Assembly: GCA_008632985.1 (NCBI GenBank)
Contig: QPGO01000266.1
Location: 1-64,000, forward strand
Direction of reading: 5' to 3'
From: Psammoneis japonica
Lineage: Eukaryota
DNA: 64,000 nucleotides
Made by a program: the position numbers and the translations under genes. Numbering within the stretch: position 1 is the first letter of the stretch; each line of letters starts with the position of its first letter. Of the stretch, positions 26,178-36,700 are shown in pieces. The notes under the pieces were generated by a model. The model worked only from the letters and a program-made list of their open reading frames with translations. It was not told the origin of the DNA and did not search any database.

Positions 26178-26550
26178 TTGTTATGATCCTTCTCTGTCCT
26201 TTAGAATAACATAGAGGACTTGAATCGTTGGATGTGCTCAGGCTTTGATGTATGTTCTTTACAGTTCCCGAATTTTTTCTTATATTTCAAAAAAAGAACT
26301 CATGGTAATTCAAATCCAATGTCTTGTCGAAGGAATGGATATGATTATTACGCAGTCCTCCCTGTTTGGTTTTCGGCCAGCTCTCAACGGCTAGGGCTAT
26401 TCAGTGTTTGCCATAGTGGCTTTGAATTTAAATCAGTGGGAGCTTCCCCCCAATAAAATGACTGAAAATCAATCTGGCTAGTGCCAAATCAATATTCTGC
26501 AGTCCATTTGCGTCTGTGCTGTCCTTTTACAATCTTGTGCCTTATGCATC

Positions 26551-29500
26551 ATGGTTCGTTTGCACTGCCGCTACCAACGTCGGTTTGGTCCAATCAGCCA
26601 CAGTGCTTCCACCACACAGCAACTGTGCACGTTCTCCCAAGCCACAGCGTTGCTCCTGCAAGAGCAGCGCTCTCAAAAATCTGCGGCCTTGTCCGGTCAA
26701 GAATTTTCGAATCCTGATCCGTCTGATTCCTCTAATTTTGCCCCTCCTGATGTCCAGGAAGATGGAGGGTTCCACGACGACAACGCTTTCTCCCCCTCAG
26801 GCAATGATGATGGCACGACAAGCCCTCCTCCAGAGGACGATGAAGATTATGTGGAGGAAGGTGAAGAATCCGATCTTGACGGCAACGACGGAGGCTGGGA
26901 CGATAGCTCCCAACATGACATGTTTCCAGGTCCTCCTGTTGATTCTTGGAATTCCGACGACGAATCGGAAGATGGTCCGCCTCATGCAGGAGAGGGGCCA
27001 CCAGGTCCTCCAATTGAGAGCAGCAGTGCTGGTCCAAGTGACAACGACCCTCCTTTGAGTGGATCATCACCGACGTTTACTCTTGCCGAGGAAGCATCTT
27101 TGGAGCTGATAACTCTTTGTGACAGTTCTGGCATGACTCGCAAGTTTTACGGGAAGTTGCTTGCCCTGTTTCATCGGTTCCGCAAGAGGAAATTCAATTT
27201 TGAAAATGCACTTGGTCGAGACAAGTTGGTTGAGAACTTGAGTAAGAAGGTGTGTATGCCCAAGCCCGACACCCGCATCATTGGTGGCCGCGAAGTAACT
27301 CGTTTCTGCATGCTTGACATGTTGCGAGACCTACTCCGTCATTCCTTGTTTGATGACGAGCACAACCTCAACGTGAATAAATCTATGCAGGATCGCTTCA
27401 AGAAGTTCATCCTGGTTGAAGACACCAATCTTGGTGAGACAATGTCTAACAAATGGCATTCTGACACCTATGACAACCTTCCAGAAGACTTCGATCCAGA
27501 GAAGGACTTGCTTCTGCCCATTGCGTCTTATGCGGACCAGACGGGTACCGATGCATATCAACGCTACCCCCTGGAGCCCTGGCTGTTTTGCATCCTTCTC
27601 GCCAAGAGGCACGTTCGTGAGCGTGATTGTGCGTGGCATCATCTTGGCGTTATTCCGAGTCTTGACAAGGGCGGGACAGCTACCACTGTGGATGATAACG
27701 GCAACGTAAATGAAGATGAGGTTCAAGCAGCTGCAGGTGACTCTTCTTCGTCGTCCTCCAACATCCAAGCTTGCCACGACATGCCATCATTCCTGTTGGA
27801 AGATCTGAAGTCTCTGCAGGCGGAGCCTCCCCTGCTGCGTGTAAACATGGGCGGCATTCGCCGTCTTGTGCAAATCCTGATTGTCCAAGGCCCAATTTTG
27901 GGGGATCAGAAGTCTCAAGATTACATCTGCGGTCGCAAGGCCACCAATGGTGGCGGTGCCGGTCGAGTACACCGTTTAAGCATGTGCTCTGCGACACAAG
28001 CGTCTAATACATTTCTACCAACCAACGCGGACGGCCTTTCGTTTACACCAATCAACGTCAGTGTAGTGTCTCGTCTGAACGAGTTGGCACTTGGATACGG
28101 CGCATCCAGAGCGGTGCTTGAAAAGGACAGTGCCCTGGATGGGTACCTGAAGAGGCAGCAGAAGCTAGCAATTGCCCTGCTCTCACGTCCCCACATGATG
28201 CATCCGCTTCGCAACGCATTTGAGGGTGTCGATTTTGGAACTAACCCCTGGGGTGTGTTTGCAGCCATGACCGATGATCACCTCCATTCGTGGGAAGGTG
28301 GTGGAGGAGAGAACGTCGCTCAAGTGTCGTACTTTGGAATGACAAAGACGGAGAAAGAAAACTTTGAGAGTGAACTAGTTGCGGTTGTAGGATCGACCAG
28401 GTCGACTTCCCTTGCGTCCTATCCCAGAGGGCATTTAAATTCAGGGTTTAGCCGCATGACTCTCCAGACCCACGCGGAGAAGATGGGATGCCTTTTTTAC
28501 CTATGTGTTGGAATGCAATTTAGCAAGCCATGTGAGATCATGGAAACGGCACACGCCAGACAAAAGAACAAGTACCAAACGTTTCCTACGGCTTCTAAAC
28601 TTGCCTCGTTGCGGAAACCAAAGGCTACAGACAAGAAGGGAGGTGCGAAAGGTTCTTCCCCAGCTTCCCAAGATCAGGGTACACCTTCAGAAGGTCAGAG
28701 CGTGCGTCCCTCTGTTGGCTGCAAACAATCAGGTTCCAGCAGTAGTTTCGCTCGACACCCGAACAAGAGGACAAAGTCATCTCAGCAGGCGGCCCGACAA
28801 AGAGCAGCACATAATTCGGCATCGGAAGAACCAGACAAGAGTGTTTCTGATAAGGAGGACGACGATGGCGAGAAGAAAGAGAAAGACAAGAAACCTCTCC
28901 CTCCCTCCTTTTTTCCGTTACGGAAGGACACATTTTATGCCACGGATAGTGACACCAAAGATCCTTTTGATCGCAAACCAGAAACAATCCAGTACGTGAT
29001 CAAGCATCTAAAGCTCCATGGATTTGGTTTTTTGCTCGAAGAAGACTTTGATGATTTTCAGCTTGACCAGTTGTTTGTTGAATCATGGAAGATCCTCAAG
29101 AAAATCCAGGCGAAGGTTGAGGATTCGTATCCTTCCTCCCAAGACGTTGCCTCCGTCGACTGTCCTATTATTCGTGACCGATGTGACTGTTTGTTCCAAC
29201 GACAAAGCCGAAGGCCAAGGCTAACCAAGGTGGAGCAGTGCATTGGCACGCGCTTACGCAAGACTGTTGCAAAGAAAAGGGTGGATCTTTCATCCTTGCC
29301 AGTAGTGGGACAAGAAGACAACGAGCGTGAAGAAGACACACACAACCCTTGTCAGTTCTCTTACCCGATGGAGGGTTGCATTGTGAAACACCGTCGGAAG
29401 AAACCCACAATCAAGGGCAATGGATACACGGGTGCCATCTTATCTGACATGACGACGTGCTCCTCCTTCTTGGAGTACATTCTCTGCTACCACGCCTTCT

Positions 29501-30621
29501 GTCATTATTCGTATCTTTTGCCGAGAGAGATGCAGTTGGACTTGGTCACTCTCGACTTTGGNNNNNNNNNNNNNNNNNNNNNNNNNNNNNNNNNNNNNNN
29601 NNNNNNNNNNNNNNNNNNNNNNNNNNNNNNNNNNNNNNNNNNNNNNNNNNNNNNNNNNNNNNNNNNNNNNNNNNNNNNNNNNNNNNNNNNNNNNNNNNNN
29701 NNNNNNNNNNNNNNNNNNNNNNNNNNNNNNNNNNNNNNNNNNNNNNNNNNNNNNNNNNNNNNNNNNNNNNNNNNNNNNNNNNNNNNNTACCAGACTTGTG
29801 AACGGGTTTGTGAGTTCATGTTATACAATTCTTGCTTGGACATAATGTTGAAGCAGAAAGAGCAAGCAACTAGCGATGGTGAACCATCAGTATCGTCATC
29901 CGATGACAATGATGACGAGCCCACAGCCACCTTTACCAGGAAACAGCCCCACTTCATCTTCCTTCGAGACGACTTTGACAATGTATTGGCAATTGATCGT
30001 TTTGGAAAATCGTCCAAGACAACCAAGTCCACCGGCCATCCCTGTCGTGCCTTCCTTGAAGCCCTTCAGGAACTGGAGCCAGATCAGCAATGCTTTGACA
30101 TCTGGACGGAGGCGAAGCTGTCCAACGGAGAGCATTTACGTGCGTGCCCGCAATGCAAATCCAAAGAGGGACCATGGTTTGACTGGGCTGAAGTTGACTT
30201 TGCAATGGGCGATGGTTCTGCCCAACCATTCCCCTCCCGTGTGATTGGTTTTTACCGGGCAGAGGATGATGTTTTGAAGGCAATTATTCACTCTGTTCAT
30301 TACAAGCTGGCGACTGCCACTGAGTCGGACTTTGGGGACACTAGACTGTTCACTCACTACCGACAAGAATTCCAAGCCAACGGGAAACCCTCGCTACGTA
30401 CATGCCGGCTGGATGAGATCCAACGCGGCATTCTCTGCTTCATGTTCCAACGACACAAGGACCCAGTCCCACCAACCGTGCGTAATCCGGCCAGCAGAAG
30501 AGAGCACCGAGTTATGGTTGTCCGTCCTCGTTTGGACTGGGCAAAAACATTCGTGGAGTGGACCAGAGAGATGATGGATCGAGAGGAAAACGCGGAGGGT
30601 TCGGACAAGTTCTCTTTTTAG
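26551..30621 (+). CDS. Plavaka/CACTA-like DDE transposase (spans an assembly gap; true start uncertain)
   Basis: LLPIASYADQT, YPLEPWLF, WHHLGVIP, ILGDQKSQDYICG, DDHLHSWEGG and C-terminal PWFDWAEV motifs; lies within the TIRs. Confidence 0.8.
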   Translation: MVRLHCRYQRRFGPISHSASTTQQLCTFSQATALLLQEQRSQKSAALSGQEFSNPDPSDSSNFAPPDVQEDGGFHDDNAFSPSGNDDGTTSPPPEDDEDYVEEGEESDLDGNDGGWDDSSQHDMFPGPPVDSWNSDDESEDGPPHAGEGPPGPPIESSSAGPSDNDPPLSGSSPTFTLAEEASLELITLCDSSGMTRKFYGKLLALFHRFRKRKFNFENALGRDKLVENLSKKVCMPKPDTRIIGGREVTRFCMLDMLRDLLRHSLFDDEHNLNVNKSMQDRFKKFILVEDTNLGETMSNKWHSDTYDNLPEDFDPEKDLLLPIASYADQTGTDAYQRYPLEPWLFCILLAKRHVRERDCAWHHLGVIPSLDKGGTATTVDDNGNVNEDEVQAAAGDSSSSSSNIQACHDMPSFLLEDLKSLQAEPPLLRVNMGGIRRLVQILIVQGPILGDQKSQDYICGRKATNGGGAGRVHRLSMCSATQASNTFLPTNADGLSFTPINVSVVSRLNELALGYGASRAVLEKDSALDGYLKRQQKLAIALLSRPHMMHPLRNAFEGVDFGTNPWGVFAAMTDDHLHSWEGGGGENVAQVSYFGMTKTEKENFESELVAVVGSTRSTSLASYPRGHLNSGFSRMTLQTHAEKMGCLFYLCVGMQFSKPCEIMETAHARQKNKYQTFPTASKLASLRKPKATDKKGGAKGSSPASQDQGTPSEGQSVRPSVGCKQSGSSSSFARHPNKRTKSSQQAARQRAAHNSASEEPDKSVSDKEDDDGEKKEKDKKPLPPSFFPLRKDTFYATDSDTKDPFDRKPETIQYVIKHLKLHGFGFLLEEDFDDFQLDQLFVESWKILKKIQAKVEDSYPSSQDVASVDCPIIRDRCDCLFQRQSRRPRLTKVEQCIGTRLRKTVAKKRVDLSSLPVVGQEDNEREEDTHNPCQFSYPMEGCIVKHRRKKPTIKGNGYTGAILSDMTTCSSFLEYILCYHAFCHYSYLLPREMQLDLVTLDFXXXXXXXXXXXXXXXXXXXXXXXXXXXXXXXXXXXXXXXXXXXXXXXXXXXXXXXXXXXXXXXXXXXXXXXXXXXXYQTCERVCEFMLYNSCLDIMLKQKEQATSDGEPSVSSSDDNDDEPTATFTRKQPHFIFLRDDFDNVLAIDRFGKSSKTTKSTGHPCRAFLEALQELEPDQQCFDIWTEAKLSNGEHLRACPQCKSKEGPWFDWAEVDFAMGDGSAQPFPSRVIGFYRAEDDVLKAIIHSVHYKLATATESDFGDTRLFTHYRQEFQANGKPSLRTCRLDEIQRGILCFMFQRHKDPVPPTVRNPASRREHRVMVVRPRLDWAKTFVEWTREMMDREENAEGSDKFSF
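29562..29787. other. Assembly gap (226 N)
   Basis: Run of N. Confidence 1.
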
Positions 30622-30680
30622 ATAAATTAACATGTAAACACCTACAATGCAACTTACATAACAAGGAATACCGTGTCCGT

Positions 30681-31748
30681 TCAAACACTGAAATGGGCGT
30701 GGGCAACAGCAAGTGCATCTGTATATTCTTGAGTAGGCTCTGGTACATCGAACTCACACCTGTTCCTGAAATGGCCTAATTGAGACTCGATCTTCAAAGC
30801 CAATTCGAGGATGTCTTCATTTGCCTTCGCTTCACCATTCATGAAGGTGACCGCACTCCACATCTCTTTGTTAAATTGTGGAGATTCAAATTCCAGCTGA
30901 CTACAATGGACGAAACTCCTAACCATCTTCCGTTCATATTCCCTGCCTCTCTTGAAGGCCTCAATCAGCAAGATCATCGAGTTTTTCAATGCCCCCTGCT
31001 CATAGTTCAGAAAGCGAAAATCGCGTGGACCATCTGATGGAACGACTATGCCTTCAATGAGTGGCTTGACAACATTCTGGAGAGTACGAATTAGAATCTT
31101 AATAGCCTCGTGCTGTTGGTCCACCGTCTCACTGCCGGTTACCTCTTCCGTTTCTAACAAATTGCAACTCATAAAAAGAGGCGAATCATAGCTCAACGGC
31201 AGGAACAAGGCAAACGGTGTTTCTTCTTGTTGTGTACCAACAACACGAAGAGGTAGGCCTTGCGCTGCCACATCAAATTGGTCTCCAAGCAGTACCCTTT
31301 GGAGTGCAATTTCTGCATCGCTGAATTCCCTAAGAGCACGTATGTACGCATTGTCAGCGTAATGACCACGCACACCACCAATCAAACTGTCGACGAAAGC
31401 ATTCTTCATTTGTGTTGGGTTAGAGTTTGTGTTTGGGTCTTGCTCATGTTCTAGATGACGATGAGCCCTCATTGCCATTTCACGTGAATTTACCACCCGA
31501 TTGATAGAATGAAGGACGGCTTGTTTCTTCGCAATTGCAACCCTTTCCTCAGGATTGCGTGGTGGATCCGAGTGAACCCTGTCCTCGACAGAAGCCCTCA
31601 CATGCTGACCAAGATCCTCAGCGGCCCTAAGACGTAATTCCTGGTCTGACAAATTCAGATCAAGAAGCCGACATAACGACTCGGGCCAAACTATTTCCTC
31701 TTCCTCGTCCGACATGATAGTAATCTCCTCCACTTCCTGGAGAGTCAA
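30681..31748 (-). CDS. Transposon cargo, hypothetical helical protein (~345-355 aa)
   Basis: Long ORF with normal protein composition; convergent with the transposase. Confidence 0.7.
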   Translation of the reverse strand: MTLQEVEEITIMSDEEEEIVWPESLCRLLDLNLSDQELRLRAAEDLGQHVRASVEDRVHSDPPRNPEERVAIAKKQAVLHSINRVVNSREMAMRAHRHLEHEQDPNTNSNPTQMKNAFVDSLIGGVRGHYADNAYIRALREFSDAEIALQRVLLGDQFDVAAQGLPLRVVGTQQEETPFALFLPLSYDSPLFMSCNLLETEEVTGSETVDQQHEAIKILIRTLQNVVKPLIEGIVVPSDGPRDFRFLNYEQGALKNSMILLIEAFKRGREYERKMVRSFVHCSQLEFESPQFNKEMWSAVTFMNGEAKANEDILELALKIESQLGHFRNRCEFDVPEPTQEYTDALAVAHAHFSV

Positions 31749-31962
31749 GTGTCAGCTGTTGTGACACGTGTGAAAAGAGGAAGTTCTGTTCGTGCTTTTG
31801 TGTGCAAGGTGTTCGTCGGAAAAAGATGTGACGGTCGTGCGTCAGCATTCCCGTTGTCTGTCCATCCACTGACCAAGTCAACCTCAACGCACAACGTACC
31901 AACAGGCCAAGGTTCCAACTGATCCAACCGACCAACGGAAATGGCGGGAGTGCCACAACACA

Positions 31963-32682
31963 ATGGAGGCCTCCTGCGTTGGTGCCCTTCATGTCCTTCT
32001 TGGACAAGGACGTGTCCCTGTGTGGAAACGCATCTTTGAGCACCTAGATGAGAGGGACAGCCGTTTACTTGCAAGTGTTTTCCGAGTTGGAAGCCGATTC
32101 CTTGACGATGTAGCTGACATGGGTTGGCAAAGGATTTCGGAAAATCCAGTGTACAGCAACGACGCATTTGGAGGCAGTCCTAGGATGAAGGTGCAGCGAA
32201 GGGCCCGGGCAATAGGAGAAATTGATTATCTTCATTACCACGTCAATGGTTTTGAAGGTTTCAGGGAGGAATTGTACGAAGCAATCGACACAAATGAAAG
32301 ACTGTTCCATCAGTGCAACAGGTTCCAACATTTCCTGTCGATTCGCACAAGTGATTTTGAGATTCATTATGAACAAGGTGCACCCCATCATTCAAGCACG
32401 CATGTCACTTACTTTGAAGACTGGGTGCCTCACACTTTTATGTATTGTGAAGAAGGGGTGGATCACTACCTGTTGAATTTTTGGTTGCAGGACTTAAACA
32501 TCCGTATCCAGAGACCGAGAAGACGAAAACGACCAGACGGAAGTGAAGTTCTCCCAAGCGTTGCATTGGTTGCTTACGATTGCGATGATCTTCGTTTATG
32601 TTCACCACGTCGTGTCTGTGCCCTTCCTGGCATTAGCGTTGAGCATGATTTAATGAGACATGTCAACGGAACGATTGTGTGA
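31963..32682 (+). CDS. Transposon cargo, hypothetical protein with a possible N-terminal F-box-like motif
   Basis: 239-aa ORF; VPVWKRIFEHLDERD...LASV resembles the F-box pattern. Confidence 0.6.
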   Translation: MEASCVGALHVLLGQGRVPVWKRIFEHLDERDSRLLASVFRVGSRFLDDVADMGWQRISENPVYSNDAFGGSPRMKVQRRARAIGEIDYLHYHVNGFEGFREELYEAIDTNERLFHQCNRFQHFLSIRTSDFEIHYEQGAPHHSSTHVTYFEDWVPHTFMYCEEGVDHYLLNFWLQDLNIRIQRPRRRKRPDGSEVLPSVALVAYDCDDLRLCSPRRVCALPGISVEHDLMRHVNGTIV

Positions 32683-32945
32683 CTTGGCAATCATGATTAT
32701 CGACCCCTGAATTTGCAGCATCGCAATGATTCTTGCCCTCCGATCATAGGAGGCAATCTGTTTCTGGTAGAAAACCAGCTTGTAGGCATGCGCCTGTTCA
32801 TCAGCGACCGAGCATCGGACATGGTTGGGAGGTATTACTCTCGCTATCTTGCGTTGTTTTGCAATTGCTGCTTAGCGGACGTACCCCCCACCAATGCGCC
32901 GTCGGCACAGTGGGTCTATTGAGAACAATCCTCACAACCTTTAAA

Positions 32946-33723
32946 CTAGCGCTTTTTCAACAGTAAGAATTTGGAGGATGACGGCTCATTCAGCGTCTCA
33001 TAGAATTCCTTGGCTTGTTGCACTAACCACTGTGGAAGCGACTTGGTGATCAGCTCCATGGTCACTTTACCCGTTGTGTACCTGTCCACCTGGTCTTCGT
33101 CGTTGAGACCCCATACCTTCTGGCAGACGTCTTTTGGAATACCCTTGGAGTGAAAAGAGAGTGAAGATTCGACATCAGGATCAAGTTCCCATCTGTAGTC
33201 TAGCTCGATCTTCTCAAGGTTGCAAAGTAATCCCACAAAAGAGCACATTGTCCAAGGCAAAATAATCCTGGAGTCTTGCGGTAACCCTTCCGCAAGAGCC
33301 GTGAGGTTGTTGTCAAAGAAACCACTACCCAGGCGTTTGTCTTGCCAGTGGGCGGGAAACCAATGGCAATCCATGACCACCTCCCTGATGGCAGTTATGT
33401 CGACTAGCCGCCCTTTGCAATTCTGTGGTGAAAGTCCTTGAAGAAACATTGCACCGCAGATGACGATTGGGATCCCCGCTCTGCAAGGACACCGTGTAGA
33501 TGTTCTTCACACCTTCGGTTCCTTCGACAAAGAGAATTCGTCCATTGTCGCTCCTTTCTTGCGCGGACTTAAACAAGGAACAGCCTTTAGGCGAGAATGC
33601 TTTGGGAGCAGTCAGTTCATTGGCTGCCTCTGTTCTTGTCATAAGAAGATACAATTGGTTCTGTTCACTCGTTGACTTGTCTCTAGTGGTGGCTTCGATG
33701 TTAGCAATAGTCGGGTCGGCCAC
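32946..33723 (-). CDS. Transposon cargo, hypothetical; two overlapping frames (frameshift or intron near 33450)
   Basis: ORFs 33325-33723 and 32946-33449 have protein-like composition; may be 3' exons of the 1406-aa gene. Confidence 0.5.
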
Positions 33724-36700
33724 TACATGGTGTTGTTCGGCAGTGGCATCACCAACTTCGTTGGAATCGAGTGATGGATCGCTTCAATTGAAACCATCAA
33801 AAAACAAACGAAGCAAAGTGTCATTAGAAAGGACAGCAATGCTGCACATGTTTCGAAAGTAGACTCGGTCATGATGGAGATCGCGTCCCAATATCTTGTG
33901 CCGTATCGCTTGACGCTAGGAGCTGCATCGTCTCCGATTAGCATGAACAAATGTTGACCACGAGCGAAATGCTCTTGAATGATTCCTTCTACCCGATTAG
34001 GAGCCGCCCAATCGCATAGGACACATTCTCTACAGGAACCGCCATGATGCTGAATGCCATGTTCAACCACAAGGGCTTCTGAGCACACTGCACGATCCTC
34101 TCCATCTAAGTGCTCCAATTGCTTTGCTGCACCCAGATTGGACACAGGATAAACCAGGTTCCTCAAATCTTTGTGGGGATGAACAACAATTCCAGCACCA
34201 ATGAGCATCTGGACTATCATCATCAACCTAAACTCGCTGATGTCCGTTTTCTGTGGAGGGAACTCCTGCAGAGTTGCCCGGAACTGGCTCTCCAGCATGG
34301 CGTGGTGGAAGTCAGAAGTACCAGTGTGTTCGTCTATCCACTTCAACAATTTCAGAATTTCGTCTACCATTTGATCCATTACGTTTGACATCTGGAGATT
34401 ACCGACACGTGGTTCGTTGGTAGTGCAAGCATCGTCTTGTAGCAGATGATCAATGTCAGCATCCGCAGGTGACAATTCTTCCTCCATAAATGACAAACGC
34501 CCTTGGCACCTGCGTTTACCTCTTCTTCTAGTGTGGATGTCTCCGTCTGGTTTCCTCTTTCCCTCACCATTTTCCTCGGGGATCACACAGCATGTCTCGA
34601 TGAAATTGTAGCCACTGGGGTTAAGACGGTTGGGAGTCACGCCAATGTCACCTGCACCAGTGCCAAATAGCCTCTGGGATAGTTCGTAGTACACAAGTGC
34701 TGGGTCGGCACCGGGATCAGTCAATTCTTCCTCATACTCCATGCCAATGTGGAAGAAACGATGGAAGCCAGTCTGATACGAAGCCACAATGGCTAGCCTG
34801 ACAACCTTGCGAATTCCAATTGCTTCACGAACGAGAAACAGGATAGTGATGCCCATGGACAACCACAAATCACGAATGCAGGACGTTGGAAACTCCATCC
34901 TATCCATTACAATCGAACCGTCCTTGTCCAACTCCTTTTTTTCGTAGGGGCAGTAATCGTCCAAGAACATGTGTTCCGGATGTCGATGGTTCAAATCTTT
35001 GGGTGGCCTATGAGGACCCTTGTACTTGGAGATAAACTCGTCATGTGCTCGCTTTATGTGAGTAACGTGCTTGAGCATCCTGGTCCTCAAGGGCTTTAGC
35101 GTCAAGGATCGGTCGAAATGTTGTCCAGCCCTTTTACGGCTGTTGGCAATGAATTTGACAGAAACGACATTACCAAGCTTGTCCAGGATGAAAATACAAA
35201 GAGCACCAGTCTTGGTGTAACCATGACAAACACAGTTTTCTCCATCATAATGGATTTTGGTAAAATGAGGCATGGTCTTGACTTGAACGGCACCAAGCTC
35301 ATTCCTTGCTACTTTTGCACCAAGCCCATCATGAAGAGCCATCCCACACAGTTCGGTTTGAGCGTCGAGGCCGTACGGAGCCAGGTTACCGAAATACTCA
35401 ACCTCTAGCTCGTCGTGACACCTCTGCATGGCATCATAAATGTCAGCCAGCATAGACTTGATCTGGTTGCGAGTCGTTTCATCTTTCTCTTTTTCAAAGA
35501 CTCCAAAACCAAATCGACGTGCAGGGATTGTCTTGCCGTTATCGAGAGTTTCATTATCCCGACCACAGGCACCAAATTCTATCCTGTGGTTGTCAGCATC
35601 ATCGTCATCGTCACGGTCATTGTTTTTCTCACCGTGTTCCTTTACAAAACGAGCTATCATTCCAGCATCTATTTTGAGAGATCCGAAATGACGCTGCCAA
35701 ATACGTCCGGACAATCGCAGAATGGCAGCATCATCCTGGACACGTTGAGCCTTGGGGGGGACAATCACCAACTCACGGTCATGGTTCAGAGCAGAAGGAA
35801 GAAGGTCGGTCGTCTCAAAGGAATGGAGGTTGTGGTGGAGATCGTCAACTAAATGGCAATCAGCAGGGGAATGGTGAAGGTTTAACTCGCGATATGTTGA
35901 TTGCTCATTATCCTCATCGTCCTCAGACGCATTGCATGAAACACGGAGCCTGGGAGCGAACTTGGTTAAATCGGAAGGCGACGCAACGCTGCAACAATAA
36001 CCACGGGGAAAACGAGCATCAAGGGGAGCACATCTTGGGGAAAAAGTTGCAGCAATGGGCTTGTCAGGGATGCTAGGCTTTTCAGCAGGAGACGTTGCAA
36101 TAGAAGCTTCTCCTCCTCCCGTGGGTGGATCAGCAATGACAACATGGTCATCAGCAGCATCGGCTGCATCGGCGGCATCCGTAACCGAAACGCCCGAAAA
36201 TGACTGGCAGTCTTGTGCGTCGTCAACATCCTCGTTTGCTGGAGACAGCTGGGATGAGAGTGCACTGAAGGAAGCATTGGGCGCAGCTGAAGTGGAATCA
36301 GATGCGGCGTTGGTGTGCTGAGAAGCGGCGTTGTTTGTAGCCTTCTTGTTAGAAGAAGGGGGCGGGGGGGCTAGAGAACCAGCGGAGACACGACCAGAGG
36401 CCACACTTTGTTTCCTTCTCCTTTTGGTTGATGACACACACTTCTCCTTCGCAGCGCGGGAAAGGTACGGGTGCATCAGATCACGAACACGAGAGCGGAC
36501 AATTACAAGGTTCCTGAACTTGTAACGATTCGTGTTACCACAGGATTGCTTGAACGTAGAGTGGAGCTCTCGTTCCACTAACTCTTGGTGCCGTCGTGCC
36601 ATACCTTTCGCGGTGGCTTGGGTCGACACATAATCCTTGACACCATCCAACCGCTCAGTAAGGAGAATCTTGGCAACCTTCCCATTCTTCAGTTTTGCGT

